A DNA stretch of 63,654 nt, counting the filler, from Octopus bimaculoides (Eukaryota): NCBI RefSeq assembly GCF_001194135.2. It is 7 parts of 7 records of this genome, joined end to end, with 100 filler letters (N's around TTAATTAATTAA, not from the genome) between each part and the next. Parts side by side here need not be neighbours in the genome. Positions count along the whole stretch, not along the records: positions 40,471 to 51,786 come from NC_068989.1; positions 51,887 to 61,733 come from NC_069007.1; positions 61,834 to 63,654 come from NC_069003.1; 4 more parts are not named here. One strand, 5' to 3'. Shown in pieces: positions 49,625 through 63,240 of the stretch; the stretch's first letter is position 1; every line of letters begins with the position of its first letter. A model generated the notes under the pieces. That model ran no database searches. It was not told the DNA's origin and worked only from the letters and a program-made list of their open reading frames with translations. A program made the position numbers and the translations under genes.

Positions 49625-51558
49625 TTGCATGAGAGTTTGACAGATAATGAGAGTTAAGTGTAAGCATTGTGAGTTGATTCGTCGATTTGATCCACTGAGC
49701 ACTTCAAGGCCGCCGGCCATTGACTAATACAAGTAAAAGAAAGAATACATCACGCACGCACGCACGTATACGCATACACACACACACACGCATATACGCG
49801 CGCGCGCACACACACACATACACGCACACACACACACGCATATACGCATATACGCACACACACACACACACGCATATATACACACATATACACATACAGG
49901 TACACACAAACTTTCTCTTTCTGTATCTCTTTGTCTTCATTTTTTCAATACGTATGTATGTATGTATGTATGTATGTATGTATGTATGTATGTATATATG
50001 TATGTATGTATGTATGTGTATGTATGTGTGTATGTATGTATGTGTGTGCATATATATGTATGTATATATGTATGTATGTATGTATGTATGCATGCATGTA
50101 TGTATGCATGTGTGTATGTATGTATGCATGTATGTATGCATGTATGCATGTATGTATGTATGCATGCGTGTATGTATGCATGTGTGTATGTATGCATGCA
50201 TGTATGTATGCATGTGTGTATGTATGCATGTATGCATGTATGTATGTATGCATGTATGTATGCATGTATGTATGCATGTGTGTATGTATGTATTTTTANN
50301 NNNNNNNNNNNNNNNNNNNNNNNNNNNNNNNNNNNNNNNNNNNNNNNNNNNNNNNNNNNNNNNNNNNNNNNNNNNNNNNNNNNNNNNNNNNNNNNNNNNN
50401 NNNNNNNNNNNNNNNNNNNNNNNNNNNNNNNNNNNNNNNNNNNNNNNNNNNNNNNNNNNNNNNNNNNNNNNNNNNNNNNNNNNNNNNNNNNNNNNNNNNN
50501 NNNNNNNNNNNNNNNNNNNNNNNNNNNNNNNNNNNNNNNNNNNNNNNNNNNNNNNNNNNNNNNNNNNNNNNNNNNNNNNNNNNNNNNNNNNNNNNNNNNN
50601 NNNNNNNNNNNNNNNNNNNNNNNNNNNNNNNNNNNNNNNNNNNNNNNNNNNNNNNNNNNNNNNNNNNNNNNNNNNNNNNNNNNNNNNNNNNNNNNNNNNN
50701 NNNNNNNNNNNNNNNNNNNNNNNNNNNNNNNNNNNNNNNNNNNNNNNNNNNNNNNNNNNNNNNNNNNNNNNNNNNNNNNNNNNNNNNNNNNNNNNNNNNN
50801 NNNNNNNNNNNNNNNNNNNNNNNNNNNNNNNNNNNNNNNNNNNNNNNNNNNNNNNNNNNNNNNNNNNNNNNNNNNNNNNNNNNNNNNNNNNNNNNNNNNN
50901 NNNNNNNNNNNNNNNNNNNNNNNNNNNNNNNNNNNNNNNNNNNNNNNNNNNNNNNNNNNNNNNNNNNNNNNNNNNNNNNNNNNNNNNNNNNNNNNNNNNN
51001 NNNNNNNNNNNNNNNNNNNNNNNNNNNNNNNNNNNNNNNNNNNNNNNNNNNNNNNNNNNNNNNNNNNNNNNNNNNNNNNNNNNNNNNNNNNNNNNNNNNN
51101 NNNNNNNNNNNNNNNNNNNNNNNNNNNNNNNNNNNNNNNNNNNNNNNNNNNNNNNNNNNNNNNNNNNNNNNNNNNNNNNNNNNNNNNNNNNNNNNNNNNN
51201 NNNNNNNNNNNNNNNNNNNNNCGATTTAGCACCAGGTATGAATCAATAACAGCCTGAAATGGATCGAATCTTTCCTGACAGTAACACACACACACACACA
51301 CACATACACACACACGCGCGCGCGCACGCAGTGCTCTCTCTCTCTCTCTCTCACTCACTCTCTCTCTCACTCTCTCACTCTCTCTCTCCCTTTCTCTCTC
51401 TCTCTCCCTCTCTCTTTTCCTTGCCACTTTCCTTGTTACCTATTTGCTTTTTATTCACCTTACTTCGAGCTGTGCAGACAATACCGGACTGACTTGGTGC
51501 CTCAACTTAAGTACCTAATTCAACTGAATCTTAAATACATACACATATGTGTGTGTGT

Positions 51559-51599
<41 letters not shown>

Positions 51600-51600
51600 T

Positions 51601-51786
51601 GAAGGCGCGTGGCTTAGTGGTTAGAGCATTCGGCACACGATCGTAAGGTCGTGAGTTCAATTTCTGGTGATGCATTGGCACCTTAAGCAAGACACTTTAT
51701 GTCACGTTGCTCCAGTCCACTCAGCTGGCAAAAATGAGTAGTACCTGTATTTCAAAGGGCCGGCCTTGTCACACTCTGTGTCACAC
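51601..51786 (+). mobile_element. SINE family D: tRNA head, CORE-like block, then the family B 3' half
   Basis: A box TGGCTTAGTGG, B box GAGTTCAATT, CCTTAAGCAAGACACTT..TGCTCCAGTCCACTCAGCTG, then CCTGTATTTCAAAGGGCCGGCCTTGTCACAC as in family B; cut by a spacer. Confidence 0.8.
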
Positions 51787-51886
51787 NNNNNNNNNNNNNN
51801 NNNNNNNNNNNNNNNNNNNNNNNNNNNNNNTTAATTAATTAANNNNNNNNNNNNNNNNNNNNNNNNNNNNNNNNNNNNNNNNNNNN
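51787..51886. other. Artificial assembly spacer N44-TTAATTAATTAA-N44
   Basis: Identical 100-bp structure. Confidence 0.95.
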
Positions 51887-51961
<75 letters not shown>

Positions 51962-52512
51962 CATATATATATATACACACACATATATATATACACACAT
52001 ATATGTGTGTAGTGGAAAATATATATATATATATTCGCACTCGCACAAGGGCGCGCGCACACACACACACACACACACACAGACACACACACACACACAG
52101 AAACACACGCACGCATACAAAAACACACACGCATACGCATGCACATGTATCGTTGAAACCATATACAATGGCATACACGCCTACTTCAGCGTATATACAA
52201 ACACCAACATGTGTTAAATATTGTAAACAAGGCTAGGGGGCGCTGCTGTGCACTTCCAAGGTGAAGGTGACAATAACAACACAACGAACGCACACACATA
52301 CATGATACGTGACGAAATTTATATACACACACATACATTCGTAGATGGATATATACATATAATTGTAATCGCATGTATGTTCACACACATATTCATATAT
52401 AGAACATGATTTAACAAATATACGCACCTGCATAATTGTAGCCATCCATTCATATATACACTTATACGCACATATACACGCAACATACATACATGTAGAT
52501 TGACAGACAGAC

Positions 52513-52547
<35 letters not shown>

Positions 52548-52605
52548 TAGATAGATAGATAGATAGATAGACGTACATAGACATAGATATGCATATATGT
52601 GCCTA

Positions 52606-52639
<34 letters not shown>

Positions 52640-52662
52640 CTTGTGTACATATATGTAAGTAT

Positions 52663-52693
<31 letters not shown>

Positions 52694-52843
52694 TATATAT
52701 ATATATAATATTATATGCATAATATATTCATATATATGATATTATATATATATATTTATATATATATTACATAAATATCAAAGTATGCATGTGTATATAT
52801 ATATACATACACACAAGTAATATCTATTAATTTTGCCTGTGTC

Positions 52844-52893
<50 letters not shown>

Positions 52894-54829
52894 TGTGTAT
52901 ATATAGTTATGTCATATACACAAACGGCTCCCTTCACATCACATATGGCTACGCTCATAAATACAAAGAAAAGCAAACGTGCGCACACCAAAATCCACAC
53001 TTCCACACACGCACGCGCGCACTCATATTTGACACTCTGCCGTCGTCAAAGACGCAGAAACCGGATGCCTTTTATCTAAACATATTTCTAACATTTCTGA
53101 TGTCATTTACATAACGTCGTCGTCATGGCTTGTCACCATTATTGCCGTCGACATTTTATGTCTAATTTCATAATCTATTTATCTGCATAAATTATCTGTC
53201 CATCTATCCATATATAAACATAAACTTACACACACACACACAAATATATATATACATATATATATGTATATATNNNNNNNNNNNNNNNNNNNNNNNNNNN
53301 NNNNNNNNNNNNNNNNNNNNNNNNNNNNNNNNNNNNNNNNNNNNNNNNNNNNNNNNNNNNNNNNNNNNNNNNNNNNNNNNNNNNNNNNNNNNNNNNNNNN
53401 NNNNNNNNNNNNNNNNNNNNNNNNNNNNNNNNNNNNNNNNNNNNNNNNNNNNNNNNNNNNNNNNNNNNNNNNNNNNNNNNNNNNNNNNNNNNNNNNNNNN
53501 NNNNNNNNNNNNNNNNNNNNNNNNNNNNNNNNNNNNNNNNNNNNNNNNNNNNNNNNNNNNNNNNNNNNNNNNNNNNNNNNNNNNNNNNNNNNNNNNNNNN
53601 NNNNNNNNNNNNNNNNNNNNNNNNNNNNNNNNNNNNNNNNNNNNNNNNNNNNNNNNNNNNNNNNNNNNNNNNNNNNNNNNNNNNNNNNNNNNNNNNNNNN
53701 NNNNNNNNNNNNNNNNNNNNNNNNNNNNNNNNNNNNNNNNNNNNNNNNNNNNNNNNNNNNNNNNNNNNNNNNNNNNNNNNNNNNNNNNNNNNNNNNNNNN
53801 NNNNNNNNNNNNNNNNNNNNNNNNNNNNNNNNNNNNNNNNNNNNNNNNNNNNNNNNNNNNNNNNNNNNNNNNNNNNNNNNNNNNNNNNNNNNNNNNNNNN
53901 NNNNNNNNNNNNNNNNNNNNNNNNNNNNNNNNNNNNNNNNNNNNNNNNNNNNNNNNNNNNNNNNNNNNNNNNNNNNNNNNNNNNNNNNNNNNNNNNNNNN
54001 NNNNNNNNNNNNNNNNNNNNNNNNNNNNNNNNNNNNNNNNNNNNNNNNNNNNNNNNNNNNNNNNNNNNNNNNNNNNNNNNNNNNNNNNNNNNNNNNNNNN
54101 NNNNNNNNNNNNNNNNNNNNNNNNNNNNNNNNNNNNNNNNNNNNNNNNNNNNNNNNNNNNNNNNNNNNNNNNNNNNNNNNNNNNNNNNNNNNNNNNNNNN
54201 NNNNNNNNNNNNNNNNNNNNNNNNNNNNNNNNNNNTATATATATATATATATGTATATGAATATATGTATGTATAATTATATCTGCGTGTGTGTTTACAG
54301 ACATTGAGAGAGAGTAAAAGTGTATGTATTTAGATGTACGTGTGTTTGTGTCTATGCATGAGTGTGTGCACATATATGTGTATGTGTGTGCATGTACGTA
54401 TGTATATCTATAAGCATACATACATAAGGTCCTTGTGAAACTCGAGTCGTAAGAAATATGGTTTAAATATAATGTGTTAGTGTATATAGACATCTTTGTG
54501 TGTGCATGCATGCGTTCATCTATATTTTTGTTTATAGATACATATATTTATGTTTTTGTTTATATATGCATGTGTGTGTATGTATGTATGTATGTATGTG
54601 TTTGTGTATATTCAGGATCAGAGAATATTTACGAATGCACAATGTGTATTTGTAAACTTCAAAATTAATATCAAATTGCTATTAAATACGTATAGACATA
54701 TATATATATATACGTGTAGTGTATATGTATATAAATATTTATATAGATATATACATACATATTTACATATATATATATATATACGTATGTATATATGTAA
54801 ATATGTATGTATATATCTATATAAATATT

Positions 54830-54881
<52 letters not shown>

Positions 54882-54991
54882 NNNNNNNNNNNNNNNNNNN
54901 NNNNNNNNNNNNNNNNNNNNNNNNNNNNNNNNNNNNNNNNNNNNTACATATACACTACACGTATATATATATATATATATGTCTATACGTA

Positions 54992-55040
<49 letters not shown>

Positions 55041-55943
55041 ACACGTATATTAACACACAGACACACTTATGTGTGTGTGTGTTGACATATTCAGAACAAG
55101 CCGGTGGTTCACTACGGCTCTAGTCAGAGAGACTCGCTGCTGTAATAATTTCAACGTCAGAAAAATGAAAGTGGAGAACTTCGCCGTTGCTCAGTAGCGA
55201 ACATTGGATGCCATCGCAACTCCGGTCTCTGATCGGATTCAGAATCATGTACCGGCACATCGTTTCATCTCCTTACATTCCTTACCACGTTTGAAACATC
55301 CAAAATTTATGCTTAAAGGATTGTGCTCGCAAAAGCAGCTTTTCTTAGTGTAAATGTAACTCGCATCGCGAATATTAAGTAGAATTAATGCGGGACTTAC
55401 GATGAACACATTTAAGATTAGATATAACCAGCAGAGGCATTTATTTAAGAAAGAAATTTGAATGAAATTAATAGCACTATCGAAATATATCTGGAACTTC
55501 AAGTGTAGTAAAATCGTAACTGTGCTCATATCGTGGAATATCGGGTATAAAGGAAACCTCTATGGAGCGACGTATATATTCACGTGCGTATATGTATATA
55601 CGAATATATATGTGGTTGGTGGTGTATGCATGTATATGTTCATAGAAATTTGGGCCTGCTAAGCAATGATCGGACTCTCCGATGATGGCTTAGCTGATAC
55701 GTCGAAGTCACTCTCAATATTATTCTTGTTAAAGAATGATAATATGTACTACTACTACTGCTACTGCTGCTGCTGCTGCAACTGCTGCTGTTGTGGTTGT
55801 TGCTGCTGCTGTTGTTATTGTTGTTGTTGTTGTTGCTACTGTTGTTTTGTTTCCCTCAATGTTTTATAGAGAAAGACCACATTGCCCCTGTATGTTTACG
55901 CTGTTAACCGCCTACACCGAATCTTGATGCACCAAAACAGGCT

Positions 55944-55995
<52 letters not shown>

Positions 55996-57796
55996 CACAC
56001 ACAAACGTACACATACACATCTGCCATGCCACACCCACAGTTACACACAGATGTACCACACCCACTGGTGACACACACACACACACACTCACACACATAT
56101 ACCAGAAAACGACACACACATGTACATAACCCACACACACGGACACACATGCACACACAAACACACACACATACACGCGCGAAGCAACCAAAATAATGAC
56201 CAGAGATGAAAAACCACCTGCACATGTGACAGGGAGCGGCACAGTTTGTTAAACATCGAGCTCCAGCCCCTATAGACTCTCCCACAATACCTACAACCAC
56301 CACCCCCAACATCCAAATACAGGGGGCAACATAATAAGAAAGGTTTCTTCTTCTTTAAATCCCCACCCTAGGAAATTTACTATTTTGTTGCGTGGACNNN
56401 NNNNNNNNNNNNNNNNNNNNNNNNNNNNNNNNNNNNNNNNNNNNNNNNNNNNNNNNNNNNNNNNNNNNNNNNNNNNNNNNNNNNNNNNNNNNNNNNNNNN
56501 NNNNNNNNNNNNNNNNNNNNNNNNNNNNNNNNNNNNNNNNNNNNNNNNNNNNNNNNNNNNNNNNNNNNNNNNNNNNNNNNNNNNNNNNNNNNNNNNNNNN
56601 NNNNNNNNNNNNNNNNNNNNNNNNNNNNNNNNNNNNNNNNNNNNNNNNNNNNNNNNNNNNNNNNNNNNNNNNNNNNNNNNNNNNNNNNNNNNNNNNNNNN
56701 NNNNNNNNNNNNNNNNNNNNNNNNNNNNNNNNNNNNNNNNNNNNNNNNNNNNNNNNNNNNNNNNNNNNNNNNNNNNNNNNNNNNNNNNNNNNNNNNNNNN
56801 NNNNNNNNNNNNNNNNNNNNNNNNNNNNNNNNNNNNNNNNNNNNNNNNNNNNNNNNNNNNNNNNNNNNNNNNNNNNNNNNNNNNNNNNNNNNNNNNNNNN
56901 NNNNNNNNNNNNNNNNNNNNNNNNNNNNNNNNNNNNNNNNNNNNNNNNNNNNNNNNNNNNNNNNNNNNNNNNNNNNNNNNNNNNNNNNNNNNNNNNNNNN
57001 NNNNNNNNNNNNNNNNNNNNNNNNNNNNNNNNNNNNNNNNNNNNNNNNNNNNNNNNNNNNNNNNNNNNNNNNNNNNNNNNNNNNNNNNNNNNNNNNNNNN
57101 NNNNNNNNNNNNNNNNNNNNNNNNACCTCCCACCCGCCACCCGCCACCCGTTAGTGATGTGAGGGTAGCAAGTGTGTAAACAAGGAGTCTATAAATGTAA
57201 TAACAACGACAGCGGGGTGGCATGGCACGGGTGGACGGGTGGGAGAGATAAACGGGATCGTGGGAACGCTTTTACTTTTATTGGGTTTACCCACACGCAC
57301 GTAAATATAACATATATATATATATATATACATACATGCATATATATGTATATATATACATATTTATATATATACACGTATGCATACGCACATACTTATA
57401 CATACACACATTCGTACATACATAGAAATATACGCATACATGTACATACAGATACACATATATTTACACGTGTACATATATACGCATACATATAGACATA
57501 TATACAAATATACATGCATATACACGTGCATAAGCGCACATGCATATATAAACATACATACGCACACACAAAAATATACAGATATACATATATACGCACA
57601 CATATACANNNNNNNNNNCAGATATACATATATACGCACACATATACAGATATATATACAAATATACATACACATACATATACGCATATATATACACATA
57701 TACATAGATATATACATAATTATACTCGCATAGATACGTATATAGATAATATATACATACATATATAGACACAAATAAACACGCACATATATATAC

Positions 57797-57846
<50 letters not shown>

Positions 57847-58774
57847 GTAAATGCATATACACACACATGCATAATACATACATACATACATATCTATATA
57901 TACATACATAAATCTATATATGCGTGTATATATACACACACACGCATATATATATAAACACACACACAAACGCAATAATACGCTCTAAATATTTAGTAAT
58001 AGGCACAACACAATGATCCATGAATCATCTTTTACTATTGAACTCTTCAGCTTCTATTTATTTATTTTTATTTATATAATTATTGATTTTTATCAATGTA
58101 TTTATTGATTTAATTGCTACATACCACTTCACCTTGTGTCTATTCTATTCATTTATTTACCTCATCAATTTTGGGAGGGTCGTTATGTCAATAACAATAA
58201 ACACACGCACTGGTACTATTTCACTTGTTTTATCCTTCGTTAATTAGTTATCTATTTGACCGACGATTTAATCGATTGCATGGTTAATCATTTGGTTAAT
58301 GAATCAATCAGCTGTATTTCTCAAAGTGCCTTCGTCTCCATTTGCGGCCTCTTCAATGATATGCTCGCTCTATTCCAGATCAGCTTCAGATAACCAGTTA
58401 ACAAATAATAGAAGAAATTTAAGCAGTGCCCATGTTTAACATTGGTGCAATGAACTTCTTTTTAACTAACTAATCATTCGGCCACTCAATATATAGATGT
58501 GTGTATGTGTGTGTCGTCAGTAAACCATAAATCCGAAAAAAAGCACACTCTAAGTTATAGAGCAGTAGAGTATATAGATAATGATAGATATGACCATTCT
58601 ATGGGATTACCTTCGTTTTCACGTCCATAAAGCGCTTAACTTTACAGCGTTTCTTCAGACACTAAACCTGTTGGCCTTATGCTTTCTCTAGCAGGTGGCC
58701 TCTCTAGAAAATGGAGGAGAAAAAGACTTCGTTACTCTTATGTCAACAACAAGGGATTGTCTCCTTTTGAGTGT

Positions 58775-59146
58775 TATTCGTAATTGACCCCGAAAAGATC
58801 AGAAGACGGAATTGAAGCTCGGGGTGTAAAGAGTGGAAAGAAATGCTGTTAAGCATTTTGTCCGACGCACTGACAATTCTGCAACCTCCCTATCCACCTG
58901 CATAATAATAATAATAATAATAACAATAATCCTTCCTACCATAGGCACAACGCATGAAATTTGGGTGGGGAAGGAGCTAAGTCGATTACATCGACCCCAG
59001 TGTTACACTGGTACTTAATTTATCGATCCCGGAAGGATGATAAGCAAAGTCGACCTCGGTGAAATTTGAACTCCGAACCTGTAGATGGATAAAATACCTC
59101 GAAGCACTTCACCCGGTATGCTAATGGTTCTGCTAGCTAGCAGCCT
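58775..59146 (-). mobile_element. Two tandem family A SINE copies separated by (AAT)n
   Basis: GTCGATTACATCGACCCCAGTG..CTGGTACTTAATTTATCGATCCCGGAAGGATGA..AAGTCGACCTCGG..TTTGAACTC; a shorter copy at 58775-58900. Confidence 0.7.
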
Positions 59147-60002
59147 TGATTTTTTTAACTAAATTAATAATAAAACGACTTATGTACCCGTAATTAAAGT
59201 TTATAAAATTAACTCATTTCATTTATTAAGAAGATCATACGATTTCACTTTAATATGTTTTCTAAAAAAAAATTTCTCATAGCACTAGATCACAAGAAAT
59301 GGGATTATCTAAAGGTTACCACAGCGATTAGCCTCGGGTTTTCTATTTTTTCGACGATGTCAACGTCCTTTGTACGTATTGGTAGCACGATTAAAAATAG
59401 CGCTGTTACATTTGCCTATCAGGTTCCTATCTCCATTTAAATTACGTCGACCCCGAATAGTGCTGTTCACTTCTGCGCCGCGTGCTTTTTAAGGAATGAT
59501 GACCGAGGTCTTACTATACAAACATACATATATACATACATACATACATACATATATATANNNNNNNNNNNNNNNNNNNNNNNNNNNNNNNNNNNNNNNN
59601 NNNNNNNNNNNNNNNNNNNNNNNNNNNNNNNNNNNNNNNNNNNNNNNNNNNNNNNNNNNNNNNNNNNNNNNNNNNNNNNNNNNNNNNNNNNNNNNNNNNN
59701 NNNNNNNNNNNNNNNNNNNNNNNNNNNNNNNNNNNNNNNNNNNNNNNNNNNNNNNNNNNNNNNNNNNNNNNNNNNNNNNNNNNNNNNNNNNNNNNNNNNN
59801 NNNNNNNNNNNNNNNNNNNNNNNNNNNNNNNNNNNNNNNNNNNNNNNNNNNNNNNNNNNNNNNNNNNNNNNNNNNNNNNNNNNNNNNNNNNNNNNNNNNN
59901 NNNNNNNNNNNNNNNNNNNNNNNNNNNNNNNNNNNNNNNNNNNNNNNNNNNNNNNNNNNNNNNNNNNNNNNNNNNNNNNNNNNNNNNNNNNNNNNNNNNN
60001 NN

Positions 60003-60043
<41 letters not shown>

Positions 60044-60048
60044 CAGAT

Positions 60049-60086
<38 letters not shown>

Positions 60087-60090
60087 CTGT

Positions 60091-60333
60091 GTGCATGCGT
60101 GGCTGTGTGGCGAGGAGCTTGTTTCCCACCCACATGGTTCGGGGTTCAGTCCCATTGCGTGACAACTTGGGCAAGTGTCTTCTACTATAGCCTCGGGCCA
60201 TCCAAAGCCTTCTCGGTGGATTTGGTTGACGGAAACTGAAAGAAGCTCATCATGTGTGTGTGTGTGCGTGAGTGTGTGTGTGTACCTGCCTGTGTGCCTG
60301 TGTGTGTCTGTATTTGTACCCCATCATCGCTTA
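60091..60333 (+). mobile_element. CORE-SINE family C head plus hinge, 3' part missing
   Basis: GGCTGTGTGG..GGTTCAGTCCCATTGCGTGACAACTTGGGCAAGTGTCTTCTACTATAGCCTCGGG..GACGGAAACTGAAAGAAGC then (TG)n. Confidence 0.8.
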
Positions 60334-60379
60334 TGCGAAGGCACCCGAATTTCACATCCCAAAAAGGATGGGTGATTAA

Positions 60380-60729
60380 AATCAAATAATAAGCAACACG
60401 GATTTCAAAAGTGATTGCAGTACGCACGTTTCATGCTACTTCAATTTATTTAAGTAATGTGAGCATTACCTTAAATGCAATATGAAGAGCAATCTTCAGC
60501 TGCACGAAAAAATGTAGAAAAAAAGACATATTACAAATGTGGCAACATATTAAAACCAAGTGGGAGAGAGCAGAGGAAGAATATATAAGTCCATCTACAT
60601 TTTTTCGTGCAGTTGAAGATTGCTCTTCATATTGCATTTAAGGTAATGCTCACATTACTTAAATAAATTGAAGTAGCATGAAACGTGCGTACTGCAATCA
60701 CTTTTGAAATCCGTGTTGCCTATTATTTG

Positions 60730-60732
<3 letters not shown>
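60380..60732. repeat. Long inverted repeat (foldback): 139-bp arms, 75-bp spacer
   Basis: 60380-60518 versus reverse complement of 60594-60732: two mismatches by manual alignment. Confidence 0.9.
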
Positions 60733-60817
<85 letters not shown>

Positions 60818-61733
60818 TGTATGTATATATATATATACTTGTGTGTGTGTGTGTGTGCATACAGGATGGGCCAACAGTCACGAAGTCTGACTGCATATTG
60901 CTATCTGCCGGGCACAATCTAGTGACTTCAGCTGTTACATCGACCGCATTTTTATACATCGTGTATGTCTATTCGAATGACTATGTGCACCTCCGTATGA
61001 CTGTGTATGCGTATATGTATATATGTATGTATGTGTGTATTTATAACGTCTGTCTGATGATCGATTACTTGAAGCCTGTAATGATTTTCAGGTTCAATAA
61101 AACGCTGTTTCATTCCACCTTCTGTTTTCGAGTACATTCTTTTCTCTCCACATTCTTTTGCACATATATATATATAAGTCGAAACTTCGAAGTCAAAGTC
61201 AACCTCTACCTTGTAAAAATAAATAAATGTGTATAATACTGAGAAGTATTGAGTGATTAATCATGTGCTTTGGGAGTCAAGAGAAGTGGCAGAGAGCACC
61301 ACGGAAATGGTAAATGGTTTACGTCACGAAAGGAAATCACTTTAAACTCACTAAAATTATATTTTTAAATGGTTTATGTGATCATAAATATAATTTCGAA
61401 GTGTTTATGTTAACATAGTGAGGATCTGCTCAAAGGCTTGGCAATTAAAAAAGTAGGAGGAATTTTTTTCCATATCTAAATAAAGTGGAAGAATACAAAA
61501 ATAAACATTGTTTTCCATTTTTCATTTTACTGTTAGTTTTGTTTCATTTTGAAAAATAGAAATTTATTTTATGGTTTATTATTGTTTAAATTTTGCTGTA
61601 CATATATGTGTGTGAGTGTATGTGTATATACGTGTGTGTTTGTCTGAGCGTGCACGTGTCTGTGTGTTTTAAAGTAACAAGGGTGCCAGTTCAGGGTGTA
61701 TATGGTGAAGAAGACAGAATGGCCGGAGTAGGT

Positions 61734-61833
61734 NNNNNNNNNNNNNNNNNNNNNNNNNNNNNNNNNNNNNNNNNNNNTTAATTAATTAANNNNNNNNNNN
61801 NNNNNNNNNNNNNNNNNNNNNNNNNNNNNNNNN
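61734..61833. other. Artificial assembly spacer N44-TTAATTAATTAA-N44
   Basis: Identical 100-bp structure. Confidence 0.95.
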
Positions 61834-61879
<46 letters not shown>

Positions 61880-62129
61880 TGGTATATAATATATATACAT
61901 ACATATTTATATAGTATATATATTATATATATATATATACATATATATAGTATATAATATATACATGTATATTTATATGGTATATATATATATAATATAC
62001 ATACATATTGTTACGATTAGACAAATTCTAATGTAAAAAAAAGGGAGGTAAACTTCTGATCGCAACAACAGAAATTGTTCAAACAGGGAAATTAATGTTC
62101 GAAGGTTGAGATTATGTCCAGTCCTCAAT

Positions 62130-62311
62130 TGTTTAACAGGAAGTACGAGATTACCTGCCTTGCTCGCTAACAGGAAGTAAACGAGATTACCTGTCTCGTA
62201 CCATGCTAACTTCCTGTATATATATTTGTTATCCATGCCTACGTTATTTCACTTCTGCCAAAAAGTCGTTGACAAACGCTTATCTCGCCACCTTCGGAAA
62301 ATAATGTAAGT
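62130..62311 (+). promoter_or_regulatory. Homotypic ETS-motif cluster with downstream splice donor (candidate promoter/enhancer)
   Basis: ACAGGAAGT at 62136 and 62170, inverted at 62209-62217; AAT|GTAAGT at 62306. Confidence 0.3.
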
Positions 62312-62625
62312 TCTCTCCCTTCATTATATAATAGATATACATAACAATATATATATATATATATAATATATATATATATAATAATAATATAGATTTAATC
62401 AAAAGATTAAATGTGGTACTTAAAATGACTGTTGATTAACAGCCCAGTCAAGATCGTATTTTCTTCATCTCCTACTCTTGTATCTGCACACATTTACAAA
62501 ATGACTTTCTGAAATGAACTTCCATTATGCTGCTGAGGAGTACATTTTCATTGCACATCTTATGTGGTGTTCTCACTACATAAATAAATGAACTGTGTAC
62601 GAANNNNNNNNNNACTGTGTACGAA

Positions 62626-62673
62626 ACGTACGTACTGCTATAACCAAATACATTTTTGTTGCTTTTCTTCAAA

Positions 62674-62713
<40 letters not shown>

Positions 62714-62761
62714 TTTGAAGAAAAGCAACAAAAATGTATTTGGTTATAGCAGTACGTACGT
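62626..62761. repeat. Perfect palindrome centred on a (TA)n tract (possibly an assembly flip)
   Basis: ACGTACGTACTGCTATAACC..TCAAATCTAA-(TA)n-TTAGATTTGA..GGTTATAGCAGTACGTACGT. Confidence 0.8.
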
Positions 62762-62769
62762 ATATGTCT

Positions 62770-63045
62770 ATGACGCCTGCTGCAGAACAACAGCAAATGC
62801 AAAGCTGACCACCTGAAGAATCTTTCTGCATGTAATCAACTATACTTATTGCACTTACAGAAACATATCTATCTGCAAACATAAGTGATGCGGTGATACG
62901 CATGCCAATGTATGCTATCTTCCGTACAGACAGAAGAAAAAGAAGTCACAGTGGAGTTGCAATGTGTATCCGAGATGTCACACCATTAACCCTGATATCG
63001 AACTCGAACTTGGTGTGTGACACACTCATAGTACATCTAAAGTAA
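62770..63045 (+). mobile_element. APE endonuclease fragment of a CR1/L2-group LINE
   Basis: ILIALTETYLSANISDAVIRMPMYAIFRTDRRKRSHSGVAMCIRD..CDTLIVHLK*: the TET, RxDR and GGVA-type APE motifs. Confidence 0.8.
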
Positions 63046-63084
63046 ACTTGATATAGCGACATTCACACTATCTCACTATCTCAA

Positions 63085-63240
63085 ACAACTGACAATCAAA
63101 TCTGTGGTATTAAGCAGAATATTTGCTGTATGGCCCATCGTTTTATACCAAGACAAAACAATGTACATGATAACACTTCCAATCAATTAAGATCAGAAGC
63201 CATGAGAGCCACTGCTTAGTACTGCATCCGAGCATTTTAT
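63085..63240 (-). mobile_element. Unclassified interspersed repeat (family E), partial
   Basis: Reverse complement of 8235-8370. Confidence 0.6.

Noticed and set aside
55397-55486. Possible 90-nt minus-strand exon (IYFDSAINFIQ..LNVFI, donor GTAAGT; coordinates approximate)
   Set aside because: Very AT-rich, no recognisable homology and no neighbouring exon to link; chance is plausible.
921-60239. The long ORFs in the track (poly-X, poly-YI/CV/HT, poly-L/A/V, poly-M/I)
   Set aside because: They are translations of N gaps and microsatellites, not genes.
60858-60885. TA-CAGGATGGGCCAACAGTCAC resembling a Tc1/mariner TIR
   Set aside because: No matching inverted partner found in the window.
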